In this document: in pieces, positions 28,266-43,674 of the stretch
Numbering within the stretch: position 1 is the stretch's first letter
Layout of the letters: each line of letters opens with the position of its first letter
From: Octopus vulgaris
Lineage: Eukaryota
Direction: 5' to 3'
Length of the DNA: 64,000 nucleotides
Assembly: GCA_951406725.2 (NCBI GenBank)
Contig: OX597819.1
Location: 119,598,001 to 119,662,000, forward strand
Translations under genes and position numbers: made by a program
Notes under the pieces: generated by a model
Databases searched by the model: none
What the model was told of the DNA's origin: nothing
The model's input: only the letters and a program-made list of their open reading frames with translations

Positions 28266-29293
28266 TATGATGGCATTTGGAGGTGGGGGATGCGAGAGTG
28301 GGGAATGCATGGGTGGGGTGTGGTTTAGGCTGAGGGTGAGGGTAGAGGTGGGGTATGTGGGTAGGCAGAGGGTTGGGGTAGAGGTGGGGTATATGGGAGA
28401 GGGTGTAAGGGATGGAATTGGGTGGGAGTTTATTACAGTAGTTTCCATTGCTAAATCCACATACAAGATATAGTTCGCCTAAGGCTGTGGTGGGAGAATG
28501 TTGCCCATATTGATACGCACAGGGACTGAAACCATTATTTTGTGGTTTGGAAACAAGCTTCTCAACACACACCGTTATTGCTAATTATGTTGTTTCTGTT
28601 CCTGTTGCTGTTGTTATTTATTATGATTTCCATTGATAGTCGCAATACATGTAGAAGTAAAATAGTCGTGTTATAATAATACTAGACGTAGCACATTGTT
28701 TTAAATTCTGAAGACAAACACTATAAATTGATATACAAATCTTGATTAAATTTAATGATTAATTAAAAAATCCTTTTTTACATTGTTTAACATGATACTT
28801 AATTAAAATTTGTAATTAAATGTAATATTAATTCGATACTATCAAGTTTTGTCATCTAATAAAGTTAATATATCGTTAAATTACATGTTCATGACTATAG
28901 AAAAACAAGGCAACACACCCATTCTTGTATGTATCTGTATGTGTGTATATATATACACATACAGACACATATATATATATATACCTATGTGTATGTATAT
29001 GTATATATATATACATATACATACATATATAGGTATATATATATATATATATACACATAACTATATATATATATGCATATACGTGTATATATAGATATGT
29101 ATATATATGTAGATAAATACATATATATAGAGACACACATACGTATATATGCACATATATACACATATATATACTTGTAATGTATATATGTATATGTGTA
29201 TGAATCTATGTACATAATATATAATATATATATATATACGTATATATGTGTTTATATGTATATGCGTATATGTATCTATCTATCTATCTATCT

Positions 29294-29351
<58 letters not shown>

Positions 29352-29864
29352 TGTATGTATATATGTAAATACCTTTATATACAAACATACAAATATAAGC
29401 AACTATTTGTGTACGTGGGTGTATACAAATATCATTGCTACTCTCTTTGTTCTATCCAAATCACATTTGTTTAAAACATGTAGCAAACTTTTGAAAACGA
29501 AAAAACGCTATCGCTGTAACATCAGCATTGTCTTTTACATCCGTTCATTATATATAGTTAATGTAGATTTGATTTCAAAAGACCAGCTGCAAAGGGATTA
29601 TATAATACTTAATAAACACGCGTGCATAGAGATACACAAAGACAGACAGGTAGATAGATACACAGATAAATAGAAAGATAGATAGATAAATATATAGATA
29701 TATAGATAATTAGATAGATAGATAGGTAGACAGGCATATAGATAGATAGATAGATAGATAGGTAGATAGATATATAGATAGATAGACAGACAGGCAGGTG
29801 TATATATATATATATACATACATATACATAAGAATATATAAATATATATGTGAGTGCATATATG

Positions 29865-29928
<64 letters not shown>

Positions 29929-29947
29929 TTAGTATATATAAATATAC

Positions 29948-29990
<43 letters not shown>

Positions 29991-30924
29991 GTCATAAGCT
30001 TATATTTATTTGTATATGTATATTTCTGTTCACACCCACATACGTTATGTTGTTCATTAGCAAGTAAAGGAAGTGCAAGTGTTACTACAGGAAATTGAAA
30101 CGGCTTTGAGATACGGGATCAGAGCTCAATATAAACGCATTCATTAATGTTGATTTCTCCTTTAGTTCATTTCGTATGATTCTCATTAGACTGCGAAATG
30201 AGATACATAATATTTGAAAACTTTTTTTTTTTATGTTAAGAACAATATATAGTGCTTTCAGAAGTTATTTATTTATGGCATACAACAAGATATTTATTCC
30301 TCATATCTGAGAAAAACGAAATAAGAAAATGAAAAAGAACAAGTAAGTTTCAATATACCTACACATCACCTGAAATATACAATTGGTAATTAGTTATACT
30401 GATTACCTACAAAGATAATATACTCTACTGATAAAACTATTGTCTATTTCTGAAATAGAGGTTTTGAAATTAGCACTGTGCTCTTCTGAAACAGTAATCA
30501 TTAGATATACAAAAAATAAAAATATACCCTTGCTTGTTATAATTATTTACTACGGTAGCGTTGAATTCCAGCTGTATCATAAAAAGAGTAAAAATAATAC
30601 GATCACGTAGGTGTCTCAAAATAGGTATATACATAATGGTATACATATATGTATAAATGTGTTTATATATATAGACATCACCGTGACCGACCAGGCTATC
30701 GGATGTTGCTACACATCCCTGGTCACAATGCGCTTCGCATTATTTTAGCCTTCAGTTGACGCAACCCCGCTGCCTAAGCGAGCAGGCCAACAGAAGAAAG
30801 AGTGTACAGCAGGGTTCGCCACGACACTCTGCCAGAGCCGCGTGGAGCTTTAGTAGTTTTCGCTCAATAAACACTCACAACCCATAAAAGTCTCGGAATC
30901 GAAACCGCGATCCTACAACCGCGA

Positions 30925-31476
<552 letters not shown>

Positions 31477-31669
31477 CAGTTTGTCGACAACTTGTCGGCG
31501 CATGCGTGCCTGTGTGGTAAGAAGTTTGCTTCCGAACCACATTGTTCCGGGTTCAGTCCCACTGTGTGACAACTTGAGCAAGTCACCAAAAATTTCTGCT
31601 GACCTTTCTGAATGGACACAGATGGCAAATGCGAAAGCAAGTGGATTGCGTTTTACCACACACACACAA

Positions 31670-31718
<49 letters not shown>

Positions 31719-32024
31719 TACACACACACACAGACACACACAAGGAAGCAAGTACGCACGTGCACACACGTACATATGCATATATATACACAAACGTACG
31801 TTTGTATGTTTCATGTATGTATGTAGTATGTGTGCGTGTGTGTATAGAATGGATAAAATGTTGGGTGTATCAATAATTCATTTATCTATCGACATCATCA
31901 TCATCATCATCATCATCATCACCAAGAGCTTTGTCATAGTACACATCTCTCATACACATCATCACTTTCTTTCCCTTCAACTTATTTTTTTTTCAAATAT
32001 CTTCATCGCCTTTTGCATCACTCT

Positions 32025-32418
32025 TTTAGTCTTTTACTTGTTTCAGTTATTTGACTGCGGCCATGCTCGAGTACTGCCTTTAGTCGAGCAAATGGACCCC
32101 ACGACGTATTCTTTGTAAGCCTAGTACTTATGCTATCGGTTCTCTTTCCCGAACTGCCAAGTTACGGGGACGTAAACACACCGGCATCGGTTGCCAAGCG
32201 ATGCTGGGGGGACAAACACGAACACACACATACATACATATATATATAATAATGTACAATAACATTAATTTTAAAATTTTAGGATAAACAACAAACTTCG
32301 TCACTTCATTCTCATCCGAGGTAGAAGATACCTGCTCAAGGTGCCACGCAGTGGGACTGAACCCGGAACCATGTGCTTCGTAACCAAGCTACTTTCCACA
32401 CAGCTACTCCTGCGCCTA
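32025..32418 (-). mobile_element. SINE (same family as 23085-23552)
   Basis: Family match with a disrupted middle. Confidence 0.8.
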
Positions 32419-32599
32419 TTACAAATATTCTATATTTTAAGTTTTAAGAAGTTCCATGCAAATATCTTTGCTATATTTCATGTGAATAACACACATTTGC
32501 TGTGAATAATATCCACATTTACTGCATGTTATTCAGATTAACATGTAATATGTCATAGGTGAATGGTATATCTTTTGCTTAGCGGGCGAATATTAATCT

Positions 32600-33900
32600 T
32601 AAAATATTGTATATATAATAATTATGTATTTCTAGATTTCTTTTTTGGGTGGGGAATATGAACACTTGTACATCCAGTGACGTATCTAAATTCACATCAA
32701 AACTAAAACCACACATTTCATTCGGACGTTTCTGAACGTCGTTAGTGAATGCATATCTGTAAAAGAGGAAAACCTCAAGAAATGTTTTCTCTCAAAGAAC
32801 ATGATAAAAATGATTACAAACATCGATTGGGACCATTGTCGATGTTATCAAACACTATTGAAGCGAATTAACGATTTTATTTCCAAAACCTAATTCAAGC
32901 GTTCTAAGATTAATTCTTTTTTTTTCTTTTCTATTTCATGTATGTAACGGGAAAGTTTTCCCTTCCTTTTATTTTTTATCAAAGCAAAGATATTTCAAAT
33001 GCTGATTCAATGGACAAGAAGTTACTGAAGGAACTGCTGTGTATTTTAATACAGAAACCAAATAGAATGCTATATACCTGTGTATTGATTACTCTTATGT
33101 AATCCACTGCGAATTACGTTCACGCCTGTAATGTCTAATGTTCCATTTCTGGAACTTGATAGAATGTGCACGAATATTGTTATTCCCTCGACTCTCCTAT
33201 TCTATTCCTGTCAATCTAACATTTTCTACTTTGCAAAGATTGAAAGACTCATGTTTCCCTACAGGTCTAGAGGATTAGAAGACGTTACGCATTGTCAAAA
33301 GAAAATCGCTATCTTTCATGTACAATGAATGAATCAGCTATTTGCGTTCCCCCCTTTCTAAGAAGAATTGATCATTCCTATATGCTTAAAAAAGGGAAAT
33401 GATAGAAACAGAATATAAATAAAGAAAATGAAAATTGGGATGAAGAGAAAGTATTTACCAATATAGCTTTGAGTTGCAGTCTTAGAAACGCAAAACTGGT
33501 AAGAACTTGTGAAAATACATTAAAAATACCATGACGTTCTCGTCACGAGATGTTTAAATCAATGTTCTCATACTATGCAGTGGATGAGAAATATTTCTAT
33601 CTTCTTTGAAGAACATGCAGATTTTCGTTTTAAAGTAAGTGAATATAGAATGTGGGAGGTTCATGCCTTTTCAAAAAGAAATAGCAGCTTAACTGAAGGG
33701 AAATGTTTCTAATTAGGTGTTAACATTGTATTCCGGATTCGGATTTACCTAAAACTTACTTGCTACCAAATTACTTAGAGGATTCATGGATTCAGGAAAC
33801 GGAAGATATATGATGAAATATGTGTCTAACGTCATATACGGCAGCAATGCACGTGTATATGGTTTAACATCAGTCAGTAGATATTGATCTACCAATACAA
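32600..33900 (+). pseudogene. Decayed GRL101-like GPCR (LRRs-hinge-TM1-TM3)
   Basis: ENLKKCFLSKNMIKMIT (LxxLxLxxNxI, ~32768). ORF 33131-33328 resembles the last LRR and hinge. Then LRSPFLRRI (TM1 start), VFTNIALS (TM2) and QWMRN (ECL1). Confidence 0.45.
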
Positions 33901-34399
33901 ATCAAATGCTTAGTCATATAGGGTAAAAGTAATGCACATGACTAATCTCATAGGACCAGTGACTTGGTAGAAATGCTTAAACAAAATTGAAGAAAATCCA
34001 CCTAGTCTAAAAAGATTTTGTTATGAAATATTTATATCATAGATATATAAGAATTTTTTGCGTAATGAGATAAAAAAAAAGAAGGCTGTGTAGATATTAG
34101 AACATTTATAGATAGTTCTTAGAGCTGTTTACAGGTTATTTATTAATTATATCCCTTCATCGGAGACGTTGTGAGAGGATAGTTAAGTAATAATTAATTT
34201 AGATGGGATACAAGATAGAGAGTGAGGTGGAGGAAAGAAAATATATGTGAGATATGTAGGGATTTTGAATTTGTAGATTCATTTTTTAGGCAGAATGTTA
34301 TATATGTAAGATTCCAATAGCTTATGAGAAAAATCCAACAGCATTTAAAATTGTTCATTCTAAATATAGAGTTTATAAACAATGTAAGATTCCAATACC

Positions 34400-36060
34400 T
34401 TATGAGTAAGATCCAACGGTATTTAAAATTGGTCGAATGCTCTCACAAATTTTGTCAATTTTAATAGTCACAATGCTTGAACTGGCCGGATAAACTGGTA
34501 AAATACACTTTTCCTGAGTAATCCGCATTATGTGATTACGTATGGAACGTGTTAATCAAAACACTCCGTGAAAAGACATTTATAATCTATATGTGCAATT
34601 ATATGTGTGTGTGTGTATATCTATAAGAAGATGTGTGGATAGTCATCACAGCAACACGTGTATGTGACTATGATAATGATTGATGTTAAAATGCTCGATT
34701 CTTAATCTTTAGGATTGCTATCGCACAAATGAATGCTATACCATGTGACCTTGAATCATTAATAATATATAAATCGTTAGGGAGTAATCCTGTGTAGTAA
34801 ATATCCTATAGACTCGTTGCAAAAGCAGAATCAAAAATATTTTAGTACCTTTAGCAGCAATTTCTAATTTTGTATTAAGATATTTAATACCATAAGTATT
34901 AACACAAATCTAGGAATAAATAATTTTGCAGTAAAATATGAAAATGGTATTGGACTAGCTCTAGTAATGCACAGCAAGTGCAAGAGTAAAATGAACAAAG
35001 ACATAACCTCATCGGGTACCATATCTTTATATTGCAATACCTCATGACTAAGGTCATTTTTATGATGAATGTATTAAACAAAACATCGCAAAGACGATCA
35101 TTCATAATTGTTATTAATATTTGTCTCCATTAGATATACAGTATGATTAAAAGCATCCTAGCCGTGGCTATCCATATTTGTTTGTATAAAGCTCTACATT
35201 GTCTATTCTATGCCTTTCAAGCGATATGGCCTTATGTAAGAGATACTTGGTGTCTATTTCTAGCAAGTAAACTCGCAATATAGACGCTGGTAATAGTGCA
35301 TGTGTTTTCTTTTTTGTGTTAACTACAGATTTATTTGTGGAGGCATATGGCCTAGTGGTTAGGACAGCAGACTCATTGTCAAGGGATCGCGGGTTCGAAT
35401 CTCAGACCGGGCGATGTGTGTGTTTATGAGCAAAACACCTAAGCTCCACGCGGCTCCGGCAGAACATAATGGCCAACGTCTGCTAACTCTTTCGCCACAA
35501 CTTTTTCTCACTCCTGCATCTTGCAGCTCACATGGGACGGACTGGCGTCCCGTCCATATGGGAATCCTATACGCCAAGGAAACCGCGAAACCGGCCCTGA
35601 TGAGCCAGGCGTGGCTCGAAAAGGAACAAACAACAACACATTTACGTAGTGTGTAAATTGGTCCTACGTCATTCGAAGATCGGCTTTGTATATATGAACG
35701 CTAAAATTATCTGAATGGCTACAAGTAAAACATTCTTTTGTGCTGCATTAGAAACTTTATTGTGGCGGCTGGATTATATATTTCTTGTTCCATACAAAGC
35801 ATGTCTCTAACTAATTGAGGTCTGAGCTTTTGCGCATACTATGTTGGCACTATAAAAGAGTTTACCAGAATTACTACAACCACTAAGCATGTCTCTACCA
35901 AATTTTATACTATTTTGCACGCTGACAGATTAAAAAATTAATCTGAATAAAGGGAATTATCTTCGTAGGTATCCCTTTGAACAGCTCTTTACATTATGGG
36001 GCCTGCAAGAATGAAAGAGTATTCATGCTAAGGTTGCAAGTTTACCCTTTCCTCATTATT
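34400..36060 (-). pseudogene. Decayed GRL101-like GPCR (LRR to TM6), split by a SINE
   Basis: Minus strand gives CNLSMNTLSFL and VSVQNSIKFGRDMLSGCSNSGKLFYSANIVC (terminal LRR and hinge). WRQ...TLVMRYCNIKIWYP spans 39 aa from W to P, matching the ECL1-TM3 spacing I recall for LGRs. IIVTYTCCCDDYP resembles IVFTDFLCWMP. Confidence 0.55.
35338..35640 (+). mobile_element. tRNA-derived SINE (same family as 16440-16678)
   Basis: GGAGGCATATGGCCTAGTGG..GGGTTCGAATCTC head and (AAC)n tail. Confidence 0.85.
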
Positions 36061-36071
36061 ATAATTCAAAT

Positions 36072-36650
36072 GTGTTAGCACGCCGGGCGAAAAGCTTAGC
36101 GGTATTTCGTCTGCGTTACGTTGTGAGTTCAAATTCCGCCGAGGTCGACTGTGCCTTTCATCCTTTCGGGGTCGATAAATTAAGTACCAGTTAGGCACTG
36201 GGGTCGATGTAATCGACTTAATACCTATATCTGTCCTTGTTTGTCCCCTCTGTGTTTAGCCCCTTGTGGGTAATAAAGAAATAGAAATAGGTATTTCGTC
36301 TGCCATTACGTTCTGAGTTCAAATTCCGCCGACGTCGACTTTGCTTTTCAAACTTTCGGGGTCGATAAATTAAGTACCAGTTAGGCACTGGGGTCGATGT
36401 AGTCGACTTAATACCTATGTCTGTCCTTGTTTGTCCCCTCTGTGTTTAGCCCCTTGTGGGTAATAAAGAAATAGAAATGGGTATTTCGTCTGCCATTACG
36501 TTCTGAGTTCAAATTCCGCCGACGTCGACTTTGCTTTTCAAACTTTCGGGGTCGATTAATTATGTACCAGTTGCGTACTGTGGTCAATCTAATCGACTGG
36601 TACCTTCCCCCAAAATTTCGGGCCTTGTGCACTAGAGTAGAAACGATTAT
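36072..36650 (+). mobile_element. Three head-to-tail SINE copies
   Basis: Units start at ~36072, ~36290 and ~36480. Units 2 and 3 share the variants gccgacgtc and ttttcaaact. Confidence 0.9.
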
Positions 36651-37578
36651 CATTCAATTGTTAGAATATTTGATGATCTTTGACTTACACACACAAATAA
36701 AAGAAATAATAATCCTTCTAATTGGTGGCATTATCATTATCGTCAGTATCATTATCGTCATTATCATTATCATCATCATTAAAATTAACATTATCTTGAT
36801 TATTAATACTATTAATATTGCTATTATCATTATTTTAATGATGATGTATTTGATTAGAATCTATTAGAAATAATTTATTGTATCCCCGGTTAAAAGCTGG
36901 TTGAATGAGTAGTGCAGCGTTCATAATTTTGTTTAGATATGGAATTTTGTTTGATCTTACAGTCGTTCAGCATATGAGAGTGTTAATTTTGAAAGATATC
37001 CTCTTCGTGTAATTTATCGATATGGTTCTGCATCGGATTTTATAAATCTGAAATAGACTCATTAATTATTTCCATTTATCATCCGAAAAGCAATGAATAG
37101 TTATCAATTATACGCATATGAAGTGTATATCGTCGTGTAGTATCAGTTTGTTAAATTTAGCCGGGAAAGAGCGAATGGTACTATAAAAGTGTTGAGTATC
37201 TCACTGATAGTAGCTGATTCTCAGGTTTACATGCTTGCAATGTGTTGATAATAAACATAAAATTTATGCATCACAAATGCATGAAAACTATCGAGCATAA
37301 GAAACTTCATAGAAAATAACAGAATGCATCACACCTGACCATATCGTAAAACGAAAACAACAAAAATAGTAAAAATCTCATTAACACAAAAGCAACAAAA
37401 GCAACAAAAATCTCATTAATAACACAACACAAACACGTGAACCCGTAAGCAAACCGCTGATGACCAACGTCTATAAATTTGATTGTAAAACTGAAATTAT
37501 AGATATCAGGAATTCGGCTTTTGATTTGGGCATATTAGTACAGTACCCACTCGTAACGTAGAAAATACTAGGCGATAA

Positions 37579-38373
37579 GGATATTTCCCTTTGAACGGCA
37601 GATCGGGAAATTAATTTTTTGTAACTAAACACTTTCTAACTTCGGACACTGGTAGATGGTGTCATATAAATCATCTTTTACTCGTAGTGTTGTTGAGAAA
37701 AGTTCATATTTTCAAAGTTATTTCGTGTTAAAGTAGTCGTATTTCGGTAATTTCAGCCAATGAATGACGTGTATTCAGCTATATAAAATTACTGCCGTTG
37801 TTCATCAACCACAACTATCGGCGGTGTATATTTCGTTAGTCACTGTTATTTATGACATCGTTCGTGCGCTTGTACTGGTTTTAGGTTTAGGGTTTTAGGT
37901 TTAGGCTTAGGGTTTTAGGGTTAGGGGGTTTAGAGTTAGGGTTAGGGTTAAGGTTGGGATTTTAGGGTTAGAGTCATGGAAAAAAGTGAAAAATGAAGAA
38001 ATTGGAGTAGGAATGGGAGGAGGGCAAAACAGTCTTTCCGAAAATAGTAGCTGAAAAGCAGGTAAAAACTAAAAGCAGTAGAAATGCACGAAAGATTGTA
38101 GTGGTGCCATGAAGTAAACATGCTTCAGATACACTCGTTTATTCATACAAACGTAACTGAGATGAAATATGTCATAAAGTAACAGTGACAAACGAAATAT
38201 ACACCGCCGGAAGTTGTTGACAAACAACAACAGTAATTTATTCAACCAATCAATACACGTTATTGATTGGCTGAAATAACAGAAATACGACTACTTTAAC
38301 AGGAAATAACTTTGAAAATACAAACCTTTCTCAACAATACTAAGAGTAAAATATGTGACACATTCTACCACTG
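37579..38373. mobile_element. Foldback-like element with ~210-bp inverted arms enclosing degenerate (TTAGGG)n
   Basis: ~37650-37858 is the imperfect reverse complement of ~38169-38372. Telomere-like repeats lie at 37878-37972. The left terminus ggatatttccctttgaacggcag resembles the TIR of the MITEs at 43256 and 45737. Confidence 0.8.
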
Positions 38374-38963
38374 CTGAAGAGAAAGTCAAAAATGTGTTGG
38401 CGAGACAGTCTGCAGAAATTCTATCAATATAAAAATGGAAACACGAATCATCAATTCTATCTCAAATCTTAATAATTAGATTGTGGAAGTTTGGAGAACT
38501 TCAATAAGGATTTAGAACATTTATCTTTCCAATATAATATTAAAAATGTATAATATAATATATAAAAAAATGTCTAATATAATATATAAAAAATGTATAA
38601 TAAAAATGGTAAAACTAGTAAAATGTGTAATAGTATAGTTCCTCATATATACGAAAACTTACATGCACACACACACTATACATAAGCATATACACATATG
38701 TACATACATATATAACATGATATAACGTAATGTAATATAGTATTATATGATATATATTTTATGATATTTAAAAAAAATAAATATCAAACGATGGTCACGT
38801 AACACTTCATTACAAATGCTTCCAATGTTTTTTTTAAAATAGATTCATGAGTACATTGCGTCATAATTTTAAAACACGCTTCCTTCACTTTAAAGATGCT
38901 ATATACAAGTCAATTCAACCCAATCTGGTGCCTATCATTTAAGTACCTGACTCATTTGTATCC

Positions 38964-39032
<69 letters not shown>

Positions 39033-39062
39033 GGTTTGGAGATGATGTACAGGTATTTTATA

Positions 39063-39294
39063 AAATGAGGTACTCAGAAATTCGGATGGTTTTATATTTA
39101 CAGATATTTGTATATTACATGTTTTTATACATCATATATCATATATAGCGCTTTCGCCCATTCTAGTGGACTTTTCAAATTGAACGGACGAAAGCCCTAA
39201 TATATGATATATGTTATATGATGTATAAAAACATGTAATATACAAATAGATATCTGTAAATATAAAACCATCAGAATTTCTGAGTACCTCATTT
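39063..39294. repeat. ~75-bp inverted repeat enclosing a hammerhead-like motif, lying between two (TA)n tracts
   Basis: aaatgaggtactcagaaatt...tatacatcata versus tatgatgtata...aatttctgagtacctcattt. The loop on the minus strand has TTGAAAA-GTCCA..TGGGC-GAAA-GCGC-TA. Confidence 0.8.
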
Positions 39295-39297
39295 CTT

Positions 39298-39344
<47 letters not shown>

Positions 39345-39464
39345 GATTGTGTGTGCGTGTTTGTGTGTGCCTGTTCGTGCGTGCATGTGTGAGTAGTTGT
39401 GCGTATGTGTGTGAGAGAGAGAGAGAGAGAGTAGATGAAAGGGAGAATGCTGGAAGGGTTACTT

Positions 39465-39800
39465 CTAGAGAGTTGAGTAATGAGGCAGCATAATTTTACC
39501 AAGAGAAATATATTTAAGTAATATAGTAAGAAATATAATAGACCAATAGCGTGATTTAGTATTTCTGCTGTGATGAGAAACTTCAAAAGTCTTCAGATAT
39601 TTACATGAAAGTTTGTTCGACAAATCGAAACACTTTCCAGACAGGTGCCATACGTCTGCTATGACAATTTTCGTATACTGACGTCCTCGTTTGTATTTAC
39701 ATATATTACAATTTTGATACACGAACAATGCTTTGCGTAAAAAAAATATCAGTATGCATTTGACGAAGATGTGTTCGTTCTGTTTTCAATGTAGAAAGCT
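39465..39800 (-). pseudogene. Possible GRL101-like hinge/TM1 remnant
   Basis: ORF 39465-39728: CFDLSNKLSCKYL...YWSIIFLTILLK, similar to the C..D..SSC..L...W hinge-TM1 pattern. Confidence 0.25.
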
Positions 39801-39829
39801 GAAGGTATCTTGTATTCAAATCAACTGCT

Positions 39830-40063
39830 AGGCGGCGAGCTGGCAGAATCTTTAGCATGCCGGGCGCAATGCTTAGTGGTATTTCGTCTGCCGCTACGTT
39901 CTCAGTTCAAATTCCACCGGGGTCGATTTTGCCTTTTATCCTTTCGCGGTCGATTAAATAAGTACCAGTTACGCACTGGCTCGATATAATCGACTTAATC
40001 CGTTTGTCTGTCCTTCTTTGTCCATTCTATGTTTAACTCCTTGTGAGTAGTAAAGAAATAGGT
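39830..40063 (+). mobile_element. SINE (same family as 5185-5409)
   Basis: Full-length family match. Confidence 0.9.
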
Positions 40064-40626
40064 ATATTGCATTGGAATCAATACATGCTTTTGTGTCTGT
40101 CACTCTAAGAAGAAAGTATTGAGCGAAATCGAGAGATTAGTGGTGATATTTACTAAATGAGATAGAAATTCATATTAGGTCATCAAGATTTGAACTACTT
40201 ACCTTTATATTTGTTGAGTGATATTTCAATACACTGTCCTGCGTTTCATATTTTGTATTAAAAGACGTTGCTTTTAGTGTACATTATACCAGTCGATTTT
40301 ACTGAAACAGATTATGAGTTCAAACTGGATATGGACAACGACCAGGGCGGAAATCTAATTATCTATTCATATTTATAAATGGATTTTATTAAAACGGTTT
40401 ATGCTCTATTTGACATCAAAATTTCTGTCAATAGGAAGAGCAAATATTTTGAGAGATATTTAAAAAAATTTAATTATAAATATCAGAAAGTGTTAATTAT
40501 AAAGCGAAAATTAAAATTAATCATGTTATCCCATAAATAAAGCCGGAAATATTATATGTGTGATTTCTATCAATATTCTGAAATGCCTGATGGTATTGAC
40601 TGAATATGGAAACCTTTTAGTTAACA

Positions 40627-40813
40627 CAGTAATCCCTCGGCTACCCCCCCCCCGCGATAGGTGACAATCAGTGAAGTAGAAACAGTACTCTACTGTATAT
40701 TTTTTCAAGTTATTGTCATAATTTATAAATCCAAAACAACAACACGGAGGTATCGATATAAGCTTAAATAATAAACCACGATAGGTGAACCGAGTTATGG
40801 CGAGGGATTACTG
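40627..40813. mobile_element. Tigger/pogo-type MITE
   Basis: TIRs cagtaatccctcg / cgagggattactg, with TA on the right side. Confidence 0.8.
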
Positions 40814-40839
40814 TATAATTTCTTTTTACAGAATAATTT

Positions 40840-41990
40840 GACTAAATTACTAATATTTACATCTCAAGTATAGATGTACCGAAGGAGCATTTAAAGCAGA
40901 TAATGGTTTATGAGTTAAGAAAGCAAAATATCAGTTCTACATATGGGTAAGAACGAAAGAAGTTACAGAGAATGGTTTGCGAAGCCCCAAAATTGTGATT
41001 TAAGCCTAAGGGAGAGGACACAAATAGGACGCCTAGTTGAATCTGATGATGAATTCCTTTTGCCAGAGGTTGAGGTTGGGAAGGACAATGCTGTGTTTAC
41101 AAACCTCCAGCAAAAATGGTTCTTTTTGTTTGGTGGGATTGCGTTAGAGCCACCGAATTTGAGAAGCTATCAACTAATGCAACAATTAATGATTCTGTCT
41201 GCTGCTTTGAAGAAAACAAATCTGCTTTCGTGAATCGAAATGAAGTGTTGTTTCATCATGACAATTCAAAGCCCCACACTGCACAGATTACATTGAAAAA
41301 ATTGAAGAACTTGGCTGAGCAAAAAAAAAAAATCCCTTAAACTTCATATTTACCAGACCACGTTCCTTCTGATTACCGTATGTTCCGAAGTTTACATAAT
41401 TATTTAGCTGGATTAGTATTCATTAGACCCAATGAGGTTGGAACTGACATGTCTTCTTTGTTCTCATCGAAGGTGTATTTCACCAATGAAATTAAACTAC
41501 GAATAACTAAATGCAAAGAAGTCATCGATAGTGATGGGAACTATATACTTTACTTTTTTTTACTTTTTACTTCTTTCAGTCATTTGACTGTGAGCATGCT
41601 GGAGCACCGCCTTTAGTCGAGCAAACTGACCCCATGACTTATTTTTTGTAAGCCTAGTACTTATTCTATCGGTCTCTTTTGCCGAACCGCTAAGTTACGG
41701 GGACGTAAACACACCAGCATCGGTTGTCAAACGATGTTGGGGGGACAAACGCAGACACACAAACATATACACACATACATATATACATATATACGACGGG
41801 CTTCTTTCAATTTCCGTCTACCAAATCCACTCACAAGGCTTTGGTCGGCCCGAGGCTATAGTAGAAGACACTTGCCCAAGGGACTGAACCCGTAACCATG
41901 TGGTTAGAGGATTAAATTTTAATAAAATGTAAAATTAGATCACTTTCATCCTTAGCATAAATTCGGACACGACTTATGAAATGATCTGAT
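40840..41990 (+). mobile_element. Degraded mariner transposon with a nested SINE (41550-41905)
   Basis: VLFHHDNSKPHTA (HDNARPH motif) and PDHVPSDYRMFRSLHNYL (PDLAPSDYHLFRSL motif). TIR-like end ggacacgacttatgaaatgatctgata. Confidence 0.85.
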
Positions 41991-43255
41991 AGATTTAGTA
42001 CTTAATATAACTACAGGACCTTCAAAACAAAAATTATAGCTGTAGTCGGATGGAGAGATGTGCCATAATCGACAAACGACTTTGCATACGGGATAAATTT
42101 TACTTGCAGTTCTTGTGTTGTTAATTTTCTGTTTTATGTTTTTAAGTATACGGTAAGCTGGAAGAGGAAATGTAAGAACGGTGATATTTTTAATTGTTTC
42201 AATTCTACGAGTTACAGATTTCGTTATGTTAATATAAATTGAAGATTTTATCGCGTTATTGGAAAACGTAAATACGACTGTTCAATTTGAATAGTCGATA
42301 GAAATTTATTCCATAATGAATTACATTTCAGGTTTTGCAATTCGTAATTAGTCTTCTATTATTCTTTACGATTTCATAATTATAACCGTTTTAAATAGAG
42401 CAACAATCTTCAATACTGTGGAATCTTTATATATTTTCTTATTTGCTATTTTACACAACAGATGAAGGTCGGATATTTTGCAATATTCTGATGGCCACAT
42501 GAGAATATCTATGATAGTTTATAGATAAGGGATTAGCTATATTGCTTAACTGTGTCTATCATTTCACAAGAGAAGAATTGAACGTCTCGTAGCACCACTT
42601 GTCACATATTGGCACTAAAGTGGTTATTAGATACCATTTTCCTGACTTGTGAAATCGCTGTATTGTCCTAATAATTTTTTTTCCATTATCAGTTGATGCT
42701 TATCTTAAGCAGACTGCACATCTTATCGGTAGGATAATCTCAACTCAATTATTTCTGTTCTTTAGAACGAGATACATCTTTGCTTTTGCTTCACATAAGA
42801 ATGTTTCGTGAGTTATTGAGAAATCTGTTTGCAAATTTAAACAGAGAATCAGTTGCCCAACGGATAGAAGCAATTCGCGAACCGTAGAGATAAATTCTAC
42901 AGATGTAATATGTCATTCTGAATATACAGGATACATAGAGCATTTAATTGAATTTCGTTCTCTTTTTCTCAGCGAGAGATTATAGTTTATGTTTGTGTTA
43001 CGATTTTTGAGGGGTTTTGTCAATGATGAATTCTATTTCATTTTCTCCTAATATTGTTGATAGAGGGTAAGTTATATTCCAGTTGTATATGATCTGGCGT
43101 AGTCTATTTCAGAATGATCATAGATACTGGAATTTTACAGGGTTTCAACTAGAATTATATTTGTTACATCATTGTCACTTATGTTTATCAATCTTTTCGT
43201 AATTTGTTTTGCTGAATGTCTACATTAGAATTACAATGTTATTGGTTGAAATATT

Positions 43256-43674
43256 GGATCTTTTCGGTTTGAACGGCAGTTTTTTCTACCGGTGTCATAT
43301 GAAACTGTCACCCATAATTATGACCCTAGTATCGATCTATTGCATTTCAATCTCTTTTAGGGTTAGGGTTAGGGTTAGGGGTAGGCGAAGGGTATCTTTT
43401 TTTCTTCACAAATGTAAATAAACCCAATCTGTTTCTTAAACGAGGGACATATTCATACGGCACAGAATGCTTTTCAACACAATAGACGTCATTGGTTGAA
43501 ATTGCAGAAATTGAAGAACAAAAAACAATAAATTTCTTACAAACTATAGAATTTTCTCAATAAAGTCAAGAGAAAAAGATGTTTTATAAACACATTCTAC
43601 CAGTATCCGAAGTTTAAACATTTTTAGTTACCTAGAAATTATGTTAAAAACTGCCGTTCAAACCGAAAAGATCC
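43256..43674. mobile_element. Non-autonomous DNA transposon with (TTAGGG)n core and 8-bp TSD
   Basis: TIRs ggatcttttcggtttgaacggcag / ctgccgttcaaaccgaaaagatcc. TSD gaaatatt on both sides. Internal (TTAGGG)4. Confidence 0.92.

Noticed and set aside
37878-37972. True telomere or chromosome-fusion scar
   Set aside because: The tract is short, degenerate, in one orientation only, and enclosed in a transposon-like inverted repeat.
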